A DNA stretch of 64,000 nt from positions 29,759 to 93,758 of the forward strand of contig JAFZUT010000018.1 of NCBI GenBank assembly GCA_017618175.1, read 5' to 3'. This document shows positions 33,842 to 43,658 of the stretch, piece by piece. The stretch is from Alphaproteobacteria bacterium (GTDB lineage Bacteria; Pseudomonadota; Alphaproteobacteria; Rs-D84). The position numbers were made by a program, and so were the translations under genes. Below the pieces are notes generated by a model. It did no database searches and was not told the DNA's origin. It saw only the letters and a list, made by a program, of their open reading frames with translations. Position 1 is the first letter of the stretch; the number at the start of each line of letters is the position of its first letter.

Positions 33842-34177
33842 TTAATGATGTGCGATTATATGTGCCGCAATCCCGGCGATTGTTAAAACCGTGATGATTA
33901 TCAAAATAATCTTTTGCGTGTGGTGGTGGTGTGTTTCGCCACAGTGTTCGCAATCACATTCTTGATTATGAAAATACAAAATCCACGACAGCGCCAACAT
34001 TACCCCGGAAAATATAAACAACCATATTTCCGCGCGTTCGGGAATAATTTTATGGTCGGCAAAATCCGGTGCCACCATACCAATAATACCCAACACCACC
34101 GGCAATACACAGCAAAACAGGTGCGGTAATATGCCCGCCAAAATTCCAATACCAATCGCATGATTTTTTTTCTTCAT
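33842..34177 (-). CDS. Small membrane protein with CC and CxCxxC/His-rich motifs (putative metal-binding or transport)
   Basis: 111 aa, 3-4 TM. Motifs HLFCCVLP (as in MerT/MerC-type transporters) and ECDCEHCGETHHHH. Confidence 0.55.
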   Translation of the reverse strand: MKKKNHAIGIGILAGILPHLFCCVLPVVLGIIGMVAPDFADHKIIPERAEIWLFIFSGVMLALSWILYFHNQECDCEHCGETHHHHTQKIILIIITVLTIAGIAAHIIAHH

Positions 34178-34196
34178 CTTATCACCATTTTTTTCT

Positions 34197-34272
34197 TGGT
34201 ATCCCCAGCCGGAATCGAACCAGCATCTAATTCTTAGGAGGAACTTGTTCTATCCAATTGAACTATGGGGAC
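34197..34272 (-). tRNA. tRNA-Arg (anticodon CCT)
   Basis: 76-nt cloverleaf folded by hand. Anticodon loop CTCCTAA, T-loop TTCGATT, encoded CCA. Confidence 0.88.
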
Positions 34273-34364
34273 ACGATGCGCATTTATTTTAACCCCAGAT
34301 TTTGATATTGCAAGTTATATTAAAACCTGTATAATACCAAGGCACGAAAATATAAGGAATTTAT

Positions 34365-35303
34365 ATGGGAAACAAACTTGTTGGATACGGTTCTTATTTG
34401 CCGGCGCGCGTGATGACCAATGCTGATTTTGAACGCGTGATGGATACAACCGACCAATGGATTGTCGAACGCACAGGAATTCATTCTCGGCAATTTGCGG
34501 CCGCCGATGAAACGGTTGCCGATATGGCGGCAAATGCGGCGCGCGCGGCGTTGAAAAATGCGAATTTGACAATTGATGATATTGATATGGTAATTGTCGC
34601 AACGACTACGCCGGAATTGGATTTCCCATCTGTCGCGGTTCAAGTGACCGGTATGTTGGGCGCAACGAAAAATATGCCTGCGTTCGATGTGCGTGGCGCG
34701 TGCACCGGGTTTATATATGCGTTGCATTGCGCGCGCGGGTTCTTTGCGGCGGGCATACACGAACGCATAATGGTTGTTGGCGCAGAAAAAATGTCGCGAT
34801 TTATCGATATGACCGACCGTTCAACGGCTGTTCTGTTTGGTGATGGCGCGGGCGCGTTGATTTTTGAACGTTCCACGTCCAGTTATTCTGGGATAATTGA
34901 TACCGTCGTTATGGCGGACGGGAAAAAGTTTGAAATGCTGCACGGGTCACCGGACCACAAAATTATTATGAATGGACCAGAAACATATAAAATGGCGGTG
35001 TCACTGATGCCGGACGCCGCGCGATATATTATGGAACACGCCGGAATCACCCAAGATGATATAGACTGGATTGTGCCGCACCAGGCGAACATTCGTATAA
35101 TTCAATCGTGCGCGGCGCGCCTTGGGTTTCCAATGGAAAAGATTTTAATAACTGTTGACCGGCACGCGAATACGTCCGGTGCATCAGGCGCATTGGCGTT
35201 GGCGTACGCGTTCGATAATAAAATAATAAAACACGGACAATTGGTTTTGTATCCTGCGTTCGGCAGTGGCCTGACCTGGGGTGCGACACTTATAAGAGTA
35301 TAA
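34365..35303 (+). CDS. fabH: 3-oxoacyl-ACP synthase III
   Basis: 312 aa. Active-site region ACTGFIYAL and HQANIRI motif. Confidence 0.95.
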   Translation: MGNKLVGYGSYLPARVMTNADFERVMDTTDQWIVERTGIHSRQFAAADETVADMAANAARAALKNANLTIDDIDMVIVATTTPELDFPSVAVQVTGMLGATKNMPAFDVRGACTGFIYALHCARGFFAAGIHERIMVVGAEKMSRFIDMTDRSTAVLFGDGAGALIFERSTSSYSGIIDTVVMADGKKFEMLHGSPDHKIIMNGPETYKMAVSLMPDAARYIMEHAGITQDDIDWIVPHQANIRIIQSCAARLGFPMEKILITVDRHANTSGASGALALAYAFDNKIIKHGQLVLYPAFGSGLTWGATLIRV

Positions 35304-35322
35304 ACAAAAAGGGGTAAAAGAA

Positions 35323-35610
35323 ATGGCAACAATAACAAGAAGTAAATTGGCAAAAGATGTGCGCGATGAATTTGGGTTCACAACGGCGCAATCAACACGG
35401 TTGGTCGATGCAATTTTCGATGAAATCTGTGAAAGCTTGATTAGGGGTGAAGAGGTTAAATTCGCCGGTTTCGGCACGTTCAAGATTTTGGATAAATCTG
35501 CGCGTGTGGCACGCAATCCAAAAACAGGTGAAACCGCAATTGTTTCTGCACGCCGTGTCGCGGCATTCCGTCCGTCTAATGAATTTCGCGAACGCGTTTC
35601 CAAGAAATAA
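35323..35610 (+). CDS. ihfA: Integration host factor subunit alpha
   Basis: 95 aa HU/IHF family (GFGTFKILDKSARVARNPKTGE). The fabH-ihfA synteny is typical of alphaproteobacteria. Confidence 0.88.
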   Translation: MATITRSKLAKDVRDEFGFTTAQSTRLVDAIFDEICESLIRGEEVKFAGFGTFKILDKSARVARNPKTGETAIVSARRVAAFRPSNEFRERVSKK

Positions 35611-35634
35611 TTGTAAATGTGAAATTGTATTAGT

Positions 35635-35662
35635 GCGGGCGCAGATTTGCGCCCGTGTTTAT
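35635..35662 (+). terminator. Rho-independent terminator after ihfA
   Basis: GGGCGCA...TGCGCCC hairpin followed by a T-rich tract. Confidence 0.6.
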
Positions 35663-35829
35663 TCTTGACCGTATTATTGGTCGTATGATAAAATAAAACT
35701 GAAAACAAGCAAAGCTTGGTTCAATATTACTTCGGCCTATATGAAACATACACAAGCATATCTTTTATTTATGTTGATGTGATTTTGACCCGAAATAAAT
35801 TTATTCTAAATAATAAAAGGGAAATTAGT

Positions 35830-36843
35830 ATGTTTCATAAAAGTTTGCCGTTGGCGGTATGCCTGGGGGTTGTGTTTGAAGTTGGTGTTGCGTTTGGTGC
35901 GGCATCATTACGGACCGGTCCGGTAAAAAGTTCCATTGATGCATCGGGTGCGGTCAAACGCGGGGGAATTTTACGGACATCCAATGTTCAGTCATTATCT
36001 GGTAAATCATCGATGGCGGTGTCCGCGCCAGATTTGAATTCTACGGCACGTTTAGCCACCGTTTCGGTTGGAACACCAAATAATTTTAACAAGTCTGTGT
36101 CCAGTAAAATGCCAAGTATGACAACCGGCGATTCGGATAAAATTCAAGAATTAAATTCGCGTATAGATTTGTTGGAAAATAATCAAGACAAGGTATTATC
36201 GGATATCGATTTAATCAAAACCGAGATAGCAGATAATGCCAATGACATTTATAACAAAACAGAAATCGATAAATTCATTCCAACGGCCAGTGCAGATGGC
36301 GATAATATGACATGGACCGATACAAAAGGTAATTTCCTTATTTATCCATTGCTTTTTTTTAATCGTGTTTCTGAATATAATTCTCCGCAATTGGTTAACC
36401 GTTATGTATATCGTACGAATACCGCCGAACCGCAAATTTATGCGTATGTCAATCGATTCTGTAATGGCGAAACAGAATGGTGGTGCTATATATCGGGGAA
36501 TATAGAAATATTGGAAAACGGCAACAGAGAATTTGTACTTGTTCAAAGGTTCCCCGGTTATGGTTTTATGTATTCGTTTATCCAAGAATATAATGGTCGA
36601 ACATGGCTGACCAGTAATTTTTATACCAATGAACAAAATCCTGCGGAATATATAAGGACCGCCGTTTGCGAAGACAGACCAGAGGCCGATTGTTATGTAT
36701 CTGCGGTTTTTAACATGTTGGAAATAAATAATAATATAAGCCCGGGTTTGGGTGAATACGCCGCACGTTATCAAGTAAATGTTATGTCTGCAATTGAAAA
36801 GGCATCTGGAAAACCGCGTACCGTTTACCAGGCGTTAATGTAA
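35830..36843 (+). CDS. Secreted hypothetical protein (337 aa)
   Basis: An internal ATG with RBS AAAGGGAAA gives a signal peptide (MFHKSLPLAVCLGVVFEVGVAFG). Short coiled-coil segment and two Cys pairs. No family recognised. Confidence 0.65.
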   Translation: MFHKSLPLAVCLGVVFEVGVAFGAASLRTGPVKSSIDASGAVKRGGILRTSNVQSLSGKSSMAVSAPDLNSTARLATVSVGTPNNFNKSVSSKMPSMTTGDSDKIQELNSRIDLLENNQDKVLSDIDLIKTEIADNANDIYNKTEIDKFIPTASADGDNMTWTDTKGNFLIYPLLFFNRVSEYNSPQLVNRYVYRTNTAEPQIYAYVNRFCNGETEWWCYISGNIEILENGNREFVLVQRFPGYGFMYSFIQEYNGRTWLTSNFYTNEQNPAEYIRTAVCEDRPEADCYVSAVFNMLEINNNISPGLGEYAARYQVNVMSAIEKASGKPRTVYQALM

Positions 36844-36845
36844 AT

Positions 36846-36873
36846 AAAAACGGTTGCGATGGCAACCGTTTTT
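36846..36873. terminator. Bidirectional terminator (convergent genes)
   Basis: AAAAACGGTTGCGATGGCAACCGTTTTT. Confidence 0.7.
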
Positions 36874-36875
36874 CT

Positions 36876-38864
36876 TTACCACAACTTTACGCGTTTTTCT
36901 GGTGCGACATACAATTTGTTTTTGGGGCCAACACCAAAGGCATCGTACCACGCATCAATGTGCGGCAATATGCCGTTTACGCGCCAACGATTCAACGAAT
37001 GTTCGTTGGTTTTCGTTTGAACCAAAACTTGTTCGGGGCGTATTGTTCCAGCCCACGCACCCGCGTACGCAATAAAGAACCGCATATCGGGCGTAAAGTT
37101 TTGCGTCGTTTCAGATTTGCGACCAAAATTTTTATATGCTGTGTACGCAATCGTCACGCCGCCATAATCCGCCAAATTTTCACCCAATGTAAATTCTCCG
37201 TTTGCATGGGTGTTTGGCGCAACCAAAATGTTATCAAAGAATTTTCTCATCACATTTGCACGCGCATTGAATGCATCTGCATCCGCGGGTGTCCACCAAT
37301 CGCGCATATTACCGTCTTTATCAAAGTGGCGGCCCATATCGTCAAATCCGTGTGTCATTTCGTGACCAATAATTGCGCCAATTGCGCCATAGTTAAATGC
37401 ATCATCCGCATCCATATCAAAGAACGGTGGTTGCAATATACCCGCCGGGAAACAAATTTCATTTGTAGATGGATCATAGTATGCATTGATTTCGTGTGCG
37501 TTCATATACCAAATGCTGTCGTCTTTTTCGTGACCGATTTTTTCCATCCAAAAATCATCTTCGAATTTTGCAACGCGCATCATATTTTCAAACAAACTTT
37601 CGTTTTTATCCAAATTCAGTTTTGAATAATCACGCCATTTATCCGGATATCCAATCTTGGCACGGAACGCGTTCAGTTTTTCAATTGCGCGTCCGCGCGT
37701 GTCCGCCGACATCCAGTCCAGTTTTTCGATTCGAATTTTGTACGCACGGCGCAGGTTTTCAACCAATTGTTCCATACGTTTTTTTGCGTCCGCCGGAAAA
37801 TATTTTTCAACATACAACCGTCCAATTTCTTCACCGATTGTTCCGTTCAATGTTGCCACCGCGCGTTTCCAACGTGGTTTCTTTTCTTTTTGCCCAGACA
37901 TAGTGTGGTTAAAGAAATCAAAAGATATATCATATGTTTTGTCATCCAAAAATGCATCCGCCGATAAAATCACACGATATTTCAAATAAGACTTTAGTAA
38001 ATCTAAATCTGTATCATTTATGATTTTTATCGATTCACGTATCGCGTCCGGTTGCCCAACATTAAGAAAATCCGCCGCGGTTGCACCACGGACATCAAAA
38101 TATTTTTCCCAATCAAATCCGGCAAAGTCACGCATAAATTCATCACGTGACATTTTGTGATAGTTTGCATGTGGGTCGCGCAAAACTTCTTTGGTGTGGA
38201 AAGATTTGGCCATACGTTCTTCCATTGCATAAATTTTTTTTGCATCCGCCTGCACCCCAAAATTTTTGAGTTGCGATGCAATAAATTCAATATACTTTTT
38301 ACGAATTTCCACCGTGCGTGCATCTTCATCAAAATAATAATCCCGCGAAAGCCCGATGCCACCTTGGTGTATGTTGTAAAGATAATGTTCGCTGTCGCGT
38401 TCATCTAATGCGACTGCATCACCCCAAAATGAAGAAATAAAGCCGTGTATCTTGCCCAAATATTCCGGCAATTCAGATTTAGATTTTATTGCGTCAATTT
38501 CATCAAAATATTTCTTTACAGGTGTGATGCCGTCCGCGTTCAAACGCGATTCATCCATTGTTATTTTATACAGCATTCCAATTTTACCACCATCATTTTC
38601 GGCAATTTCACGAACGCGATTCAAATTGGTATCATGCAAAATATCAAACACGCCATATCGCGTGTAATCATCCGGAATCGGGTTCGCACGCCGCCAACGC
38701 AATGTCGCATAATCAAAAAAGTCATCCGCCGGATTGACCAATGTTTCAATGCTGTTTATATCAATACCTGTGTTCATTTTTTTGCCCCCTTTGAATTGTA
38801 TTGCAAATATTATTGCCGCCATTACGGCAATAATACCCAAAATATTTAACAACGTATGTCGCAT
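36876..38864 (-). CDS. pepO: M13-family zinc metalloendopeptidase (PepO / endothelin-converting-enzyme-like)
   Basis: 662 aa. N-terminal anchor, HEMTHGFDD (HExxH) and GENLADYGG motifs. Confidence 0.9.
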   Translation of the reverse strand: MRHTLLNILGIIAVMAAIIFAIQFKGGKKMNTGIDINSIETLVNPADDFFDYATLRWRRANPIPDDYTRYGVFDILHDTNLNRVREIAENDGGKIGMLYKITMDESRLNADGITPVKKYFDEIDAIKSKSELPEYLGKIHGFISSFWGDAVALDERDSEHYLYNIHQGGIGLSRDYYFDEDARTVEIRKKYIEFIASQLKNFGVQADAKKIYAMEERMAKSFHTKEVLRDPHANYHKMSRDEFMRDFAGFDWEKYFDVRGATAADFLNVGQPDAIRESIKIINDTDLDLLKSYLKYRVILSADAFLDDKTYDISFDFFNHTMSGQKEKKPRWKRAVATLNGTIGEEIGRLYVEKYFPADAKKRMEQLVENLRRAYKIRIEKLDWMSADTRGRAIEKLNAFRAKIGYPDKWRDYSKLNLDKNESLFENMMRVAKFEDDFWMEKIGHEKDDSIWYMNAHEINAYYDPSTNEICFPAGILQPPFFDMDADDAFNYGAIGAIIGHEMTHGFDDMGRHFDKDGNMRDWWTPADADAFNARANVMRKFFDNILVAPNTHANGEFTLGENLADYGGVTIAYTAYKNFGRKSETTQNFTPDMRFFIAYAGAWAGTIRPEQVLVQTKTNEHSLNRWRVNGILPHIDAWYDAFGVGPKNKLYVAPEKRVKLW

Positions 38865-38865
38865 T

Positions 38866-39921
38866 TTATTTCACCAATTTTTCTATTAAATTATCCAAGA
38901 CCAAAATTCCCGCATCTGTGGCACGCATTCGGTCGCCAGAAAACATTAGCACATCATTGTGTGATTTTGCAAATTCTATATTTAATATTTTTTTTAATTC
39001 TGGGTCTGTGCGTACCCCGCGCATTGTGCGCATTCCTGTGATAACACGTTCAATCGCGCGTGCATCATTTGACATTGGTTTGAACATTTTTCCACCACCC
39101 AATTCTTCGTACCAAGTGGCGTCTAAAAATATACGTCCCGCCGCACCATTGCCAATGCCAATATATGGTTCACCATCCCAAACGTTTTGGTTGTGACGAC
39201 ATTCAAATCCATCTTGGGCATAGTTTGAAACTTCGTAACGTGGCAATTTCAAATTGTTTTGAATTGCAATGTACATTTCCGCCATTGTGTCGTTTGTTGG
39301 CATATCAAGGTTCATTTTGCCAAATGGCGTATTCGGTTCTATTGTCAATTCGTACAAAGAACAATGTGTAATTCCAATACGATTTATTTCGTCACATATT
39401 TTGATAACATCGTCCACGCTTTCGCCCGGCAAACCATATATAAAATCGGCCGACACGCGAATGCCGCGGCGCATACCATTATCAATCAGTTGGCGTGCAT
39501 CATACGCATTATGAATTCGCCCCAAGAATTTCAATTTTTCATCATCCAGCGATTGCGCACCAACCGACATTCGATTTACACCCGCCGCACAAAATTCGCC
39601 AAGTTTTTTGTTATCCAATGTTCCCGGGTTAGCTTCGATGGTGATTTCTGCATACGGGGCGACATCGAAATGTTTGTAAATTGCGTCCATAATTGTGGCA
39701 AATTTTTTGGGTGGCATCAATGACGGTGTTCCGCCACCAAAAAATACGGTTGGCACAGAAATTCGCCCCAAAATGCCGGAAAAATGTCCAATTTCATCAA
39801 TGATTCTGTCCGTATATGTGTCCCAATCGGGTGCGCGCAACGCACGCGAGAAAAATGCGCAATACCGGCACTTGGCCACACAGAACGGAACGTGAATATA
39901 AATATTATGGGGCGTATTCAT
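38866..39921 (-). CDS. hemW: Radical SAM heme chaperone HemW / HemN-like protein
   Basis: 351 aa with YIHVPFCVAKCRYCAF (CxxxCxxC radical-SAM motif). Size is typical of HemW rather than HemN. Confidence 0.85.
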   Translation of the reverse strand: MNTPHNIYIHVPFCVAKCRYCAFFSRALRAPDWDTYTDRIIDEIGHFSGILGRISVPTVFFGGGTPSLMPPKKFATIMDAIYKHFDVAPYAEITIEANPGTLDNKKLGEFCAAGVNRMSVGAQSLDDEKLKFLGRIHNAYDARQLIDNGMRRGIRVSADFIYGLPGESVDDVIKICDEINRIGITHCSLYELTIEPNTPFGKMNLDMPTNDTMAEMYIAIQNNLKLPRYEVSNYAQDGFECRHNQNVWDGEPYIGIGNGAAGRIFLDATWYEELGGGKMFKPMSNDARAIERVITGMRTMRGVRTDPELKKILNIEFAKSHNDVLMFSGDRMRATDAGILVLDNLIEKLVK

Positions 39922-40014
39922 ATCGCAAATATATTACAACCCTTTTGTACGGTGGCAAGTGATAAATTGCTTTCTCTGTTATAAATTTTGTGATATAATA
40001 CCCCAAGAAAAGGA

Positions 40015-41568
40015 ATGAGAAAGGCGTTAGTTTCGTTTTTGCCGGCAATTTTACTTCATTTTGTGGCCGTTGGGTCAAATGAAGGGGTGCCGGTTTATTA
40101 TCAAAAAGACAAGGCCGCAACATCTAATCAGTTAAATTATGGCGAATACGCGGACAAAGGATATACCAAATACGTCGGTACATCTGGTTCCAAACAGGTG
40201 GTCGGCACACGAACATACACATATCGTAATGAACGCACAAAAACCCAGGATATCCCAACATATATCGATGGTATGACATATACAAATTCTGGGGCGATGA
40301 CGGTGAACGGTGTTGCGACATCAATGGAACTTGAACGCAGAACACACATTTATGCCGGATATTCGCGGCGGTTTGCAGACTTTGAATTTCAAACGGGTGT
40401 AAATTCTATTCTTGAATGGGATGATATGGTTTTTAACGAGGTCAATGTTGGTGCCCGTCATGTATTTTCTTTGCACAATTTTGATTTGTTTGCGTTTGGT
40501 GAATACACATATGGCGATATGTCCCACGGTGGGCTGTCTATGGATTATGATTTGGAACCGTATGATTGGAATACGCCGAACGATGGAATTTTCACTATAT
40601 CTATGGGTGACCAATCCGGGCGTTCGCATCATTTGCGTTTCGGCATTGGGGCGCACCACGTGTGGGATATCGGCGGGTGGAAATTTTCACCGGTTATCGG
40701 TTATGAAATTTTCAAGCACGATTTGAAAATGTCCGATCACCTGTATCCTAACCAGGGTGTATACCTGCCATTGATGACCAGTGGTGGCGAATATGTATAT
40801 GGTGATGCCGAAGGAAACTATTTTTCTATGCCGACCAATGTCACACCACCCGATAATTGGTACCAGGTTTGTATGGGCCCCGAAGATATGCGTGTCGTGA
40901 ACCAATCCACCGGCAGCGCGATTGGTGGGTACGTGACGGGTTATGGAAACTTGTTGACCACGATGGAATATGACCCAAGTTGGGGTATTGTGCCGTGGGG
41001 CGTACCCGAAGGTGATTGCGTTATCATCGGTGGTGACGGCCCGATTAAGGTTGGTGGTGTGACGCACATTTACAACACAACGTGGAGTGGTTTCTATTTC
41101 GGGTTAGAGGTGGAAAAGCAAATGACGCTTGCGGATAAATTGCGTTTCTATTTCCAGGTCGGTTTGCCCAAGTATTCATCCGAAGGCATTTGGCCGAACC
41201 GTACCGATTGGCAACAAAGCCCAAGTTTCTTGGACGAAGGCAGCAACGGATCGTATTCTTATGCCGCGGAAATGGAATATGACCTGCGGTTGTCATCGCG
41301 TTTGCAATTGGCGTTAAAGGTTGACACAAATCTGTTCCATGTGGGCAAGATTCCGGGAAAACTGTATATTGCCGAATACACAGATTTCGTGTATGACGAA
41401 AATGGTCAATTGGTGGTATATGAAGGTATAGATCCAATAACGGGCGAAACGGTTCTGTATCCAGAATTAAATCAGGTTGCCGCCCATACCGAACACATCA
41501 GCAATTCTTTGAAACAGGCAACCTGGCAATCATTTGGATTGCACATAGGATTTAAATACGCATTTTAA
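40015..41568 (+). CDS. Outer-membrane beta-barrel protein (517 aa)
   Basis: Hydrophobic N-terminus, alternating beta-strand pattern rich in Tyr/Gly, aromatic C-terminus ...GFKYAF. Confidence 0.6.
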   Translation: MRKALVSFLPAILLHFVAVGSNEGVPVYYQKDKAATSNQLNYGEYADKGYTKYVGTSGSKQVVGTRTYTYRNERTKTQDIPTYIDGMTYTNSGAMTVNGVATSMELERRTHIYAGYSRRFADFEFQTGVNSILEWDDMVFNEVNVGARHVFSLHNFDLFAFGEYTYGDMSHGGLSMDYDLEPYDWNTPNDGIFTISMGDQSGRSHHLRFGIGAHHVWDIGGWKFSPVIGYEIFKHDLKMSDHLYPNQGVYLPLMTSGGEYVYGDAEGNYFSMPTNVTPPDNWYQVCMGPEDMRVVNQSTGSAIGGYVTGYGNLLTTMEYDPSWGIVPWGVPEGDCVIIGGDGPIKVGGVTHIYNTTWSGFYFGLEVEKQMTLADKLRFYFQVGLPKYSSEGIWPNRTDWQQSPSFLDEGSNGSYSYAAEMEYDLRLSSRLQLALKVDTNLFHVGKIPGKLYIAEYTDFVYDENGQLVVYEGIDPITGETVLYPELNQVAAHTEHISNSLKQATWQSFGLHIGFKYAF

Positions 41569-41577
41569 TGGGGGTAA

Positions 41578-42609
41578 ATGATGCGGCGCGTTTCGGCGTT
41601 TTTCGCACTTTTGTTGGTTTGCGGACCGGCCTTGGCCGATGTTGGTGCGTTTGATATGACGCGATGGGATTCTGTTATTGCCGATATTCGCACACGTGCG
41701 GCGGCCAAGAATATTTCGGCGGATACAATAAACGCCACCGTACGCAATCCGGCGTTTGTTCCGTCCATTGTTAAAAGCGATAAGAATCAAAGTGAATTCA
41801 AATTGACACTGGACGAATACCTGGCGCGGACAGTAAATTCGACGCGTGTTACGCGTGGCCGTCAAATGCGTGCAAAATATCCAACGATGTTAAATCGGGT
41901 CGAAAGTATTTACGGTTTGCCACCGCACGTTATTTTGGCATTTTGGGGAATGGAATCAAACTATGGCGAAGTGAAGGCACGCCACCGGTTGGTGGATGCG
42001 TTTTTTACGCTGATTTATGATGGGCGGCGCGAAAAATTCTTTACCGACCAATTGTTGGCATTGATGAAAATCGCAGACGACAATAAATTAGATATCAATA
42101 ATATTCGTGGCAGTTGGGCCGGCGCCATGGGGCATTTCCAATTTATTCCAACAACACTTGCGATGTATGGTGTTGATGGCAATGATGACGGTCGTGTCGA
42201 TATTATCGACAGTGTTGGTGACGCGATGGCCAGTGCCGGCAATTACCTGAACAAATTGGGGTGGAATAAAAACGAACGCATTGTGCGGCGCGTTGTTTTG
42301 CCGGCGGATTTTGATACATCCCTTTTGGACGGCAAAACCAAAAAGACACTGACCGAATGGTCAAAATATGGAATTCTAAATGCTGATGGTGGGCCGATTC
42401 CCACGGGAAATATGGTTGCGGGATTGGTGGCGGATGTTGCAAATTTGCCGACCAATGCGGCGGATGATTTTGCCCCCGATGCCGATGTTGCGCCACAACC
42501 GGTTATTACCGCATATTTAACATACCCGAATTTCTATCGCATTAAAAAGTGGAACAATTCGAACTGGTACGCAATCGCCATTGCCGAACTGTCCGATAAA
42601 TTGAAATAA
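41578..42609 (+). CDS. mltB: Lytic murein transglycosylase (MltB/SLT_2 family)
   Basis: Signal peptide. Catalytic region FWGMESNYG and GAMGHFQFIPTT. Confidence 0.85.
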   Translation: MMRRVSAFFALLLVCGPALADVGAFDMTRWDSVIADIRTRAAAKNISADTINATVRNPAFVPSIVKSDKNQSEFKLTLDEYLARTVNSTRVTRGRQMRAKYPTMLNRVESIYGLPPHVILAFWGMESNYGEVKARHRLVDAFFTLIYDGRREKFFTDQLLALMKIADDNKLDINNIRGSWAGAMGHFQFIPTTLAMYGVDGNDDGRVDIIDSVGDAMASAGNYLNKLGWNKNERIVRRVVLPADFDTSLLDGKTKKTLTEWSKYGILNADGGPIPTGNMVAGLVADVANLPTNAADDFAPDADVAPQPVITAYLTYPNFYRIKKWNNSNWYAIAIAELSDKLK

Positions 42610-42703
42610 ATTTTCCAATATTTATCAAAATAAAAAAGATTGCGCGGACTTGCAATGTTTGGTATTCTTTGTACAATGTTATTGAAAACCAAGGGGTTAT
42701 TTT

Positions 42704-43657
42704 ATGGCTATCAAGGTTCGTGATTTCGAAGTTCGCCTTACGCGGAACAAAGAAGAACGCCGTATGGTGCGCAATCTGCGCTATGACGTTTTTGTCACTG
42801 AAGAAGGCGCATCCGCGACGGATGAACAACACGAATTGCACGAAGAATTTGATGAATTTGATAAATACGCGGACTATATGGCGGTGTTTCATAACGGAAA
42901 AATCGTTGGCACGTACAGGATTATAGATAAGCGGGCCGCGGATAAAATGGGCGGCTTCTATACCGAAACAGAATTTAATATTTCCAAGATTAAAAAGGCA
43001 TCGGACAATATCGCCGAAATGTCGCGTGCCTGTGTCGCACGCGAATATCGTGAAAATGCGTTGGTTATGCGTATGTTGTGGGCGGGACTAAGTGAATATG
43101 TTTTACGCCGGCGTATCGCGGTTCTGTTCGGCGTGGCGTCTTGGGTTGGACAAAAGCCCGTAGAATCGGCCCAGGCAATATCATATCTGTATTACAATCA
43201 TTTGTCGCCACTGCGTTTGCGCGCACGCGTGATACCGGAAAACTTTGCCGACGGTGCAGACCCGCGTATGTCGAAAATGAACATATTGCCACGCGCATTT
43301 GTTGATGAAGAAATGGCAAAAAAACAAATGACACCACTTATCAAGGGATACCTGCGTATGGGTGCCACATTTGGCCAGGGTGTGTTTATTGATAAACCAT
43401 TTAACACGTACGATGTTTTCGTTATGATGCAGTCTAAAAATATGGATGCCGCGTATCAAAAACATTTCTATGGTCGTGCAAATGCGTTGGATCATTTGGA
43501 TGTTAAACCGCACCCGATGCAGACATTGGGGAAAATTATGCTGATGCCGATTACGGGGCCATTGAATATGTTGGGGGCGTTCTTTGAATTCTTGCTGCGT
43601 GAAGATGCGGCGGATGCGGAATTTATTGATGAACCTGCAAACGAGACCGAGGATTAA
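42704..43657 (+). CDS. olsB: GNAT-type N-acyltransferase, OlsB-like (ornithine lipid synthesis step 1)
   Basis: 317 aa, hemolysin-like/OlsB-type N-terminus (RNLRYDVFVTEEG). Followed 1 nt later by a PlsC-type acyltransferase. Confidence 0.6.
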   Translation: MAIKVRDFEVRLTRNKEERRMVRNLRYDVFVTEEGASATDEQHELHEEFDEFDKYADYMAVFHNGKIVGTYRIIDKRAADKMGGFYTETEFNISKIKKASDNIAEMSRACVAREYRENALVMRMLWAGLSEYVLRRRIAVLFGVASWVGQKPVESAQAISYLYYNHLSPLRLRARVIPENFADGADPRMSKMNILPRAFVDEEMAKKQMTPLIKGYLRMGATFGQGVFIDKPFNTYDVFVMMQSKNMDAAYQKHFYGRANALDHLDVKPHPMQTLGKIMLMPITGPLNMLGAFFEFLLREDAADAEFIDEPANETED

Positions 43658-43658
43658 G

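Noticed and set aside
36846-36873. Near-identical hairpins AACGGTTGCGAT(G/T)GCAACCGTT at 36846 and 55475, with a variant ACGGATGCGATTGCATCCGT at 45768, considered as a dispersed repeat family
   Set aside because: All sit exactly at gene ends, with A- or T-runs. They behave as ordinary rho-independent terminators, and the similarity is limited to a ~20-nt stem-loop. Noted, but not treated as a mobile repeat.
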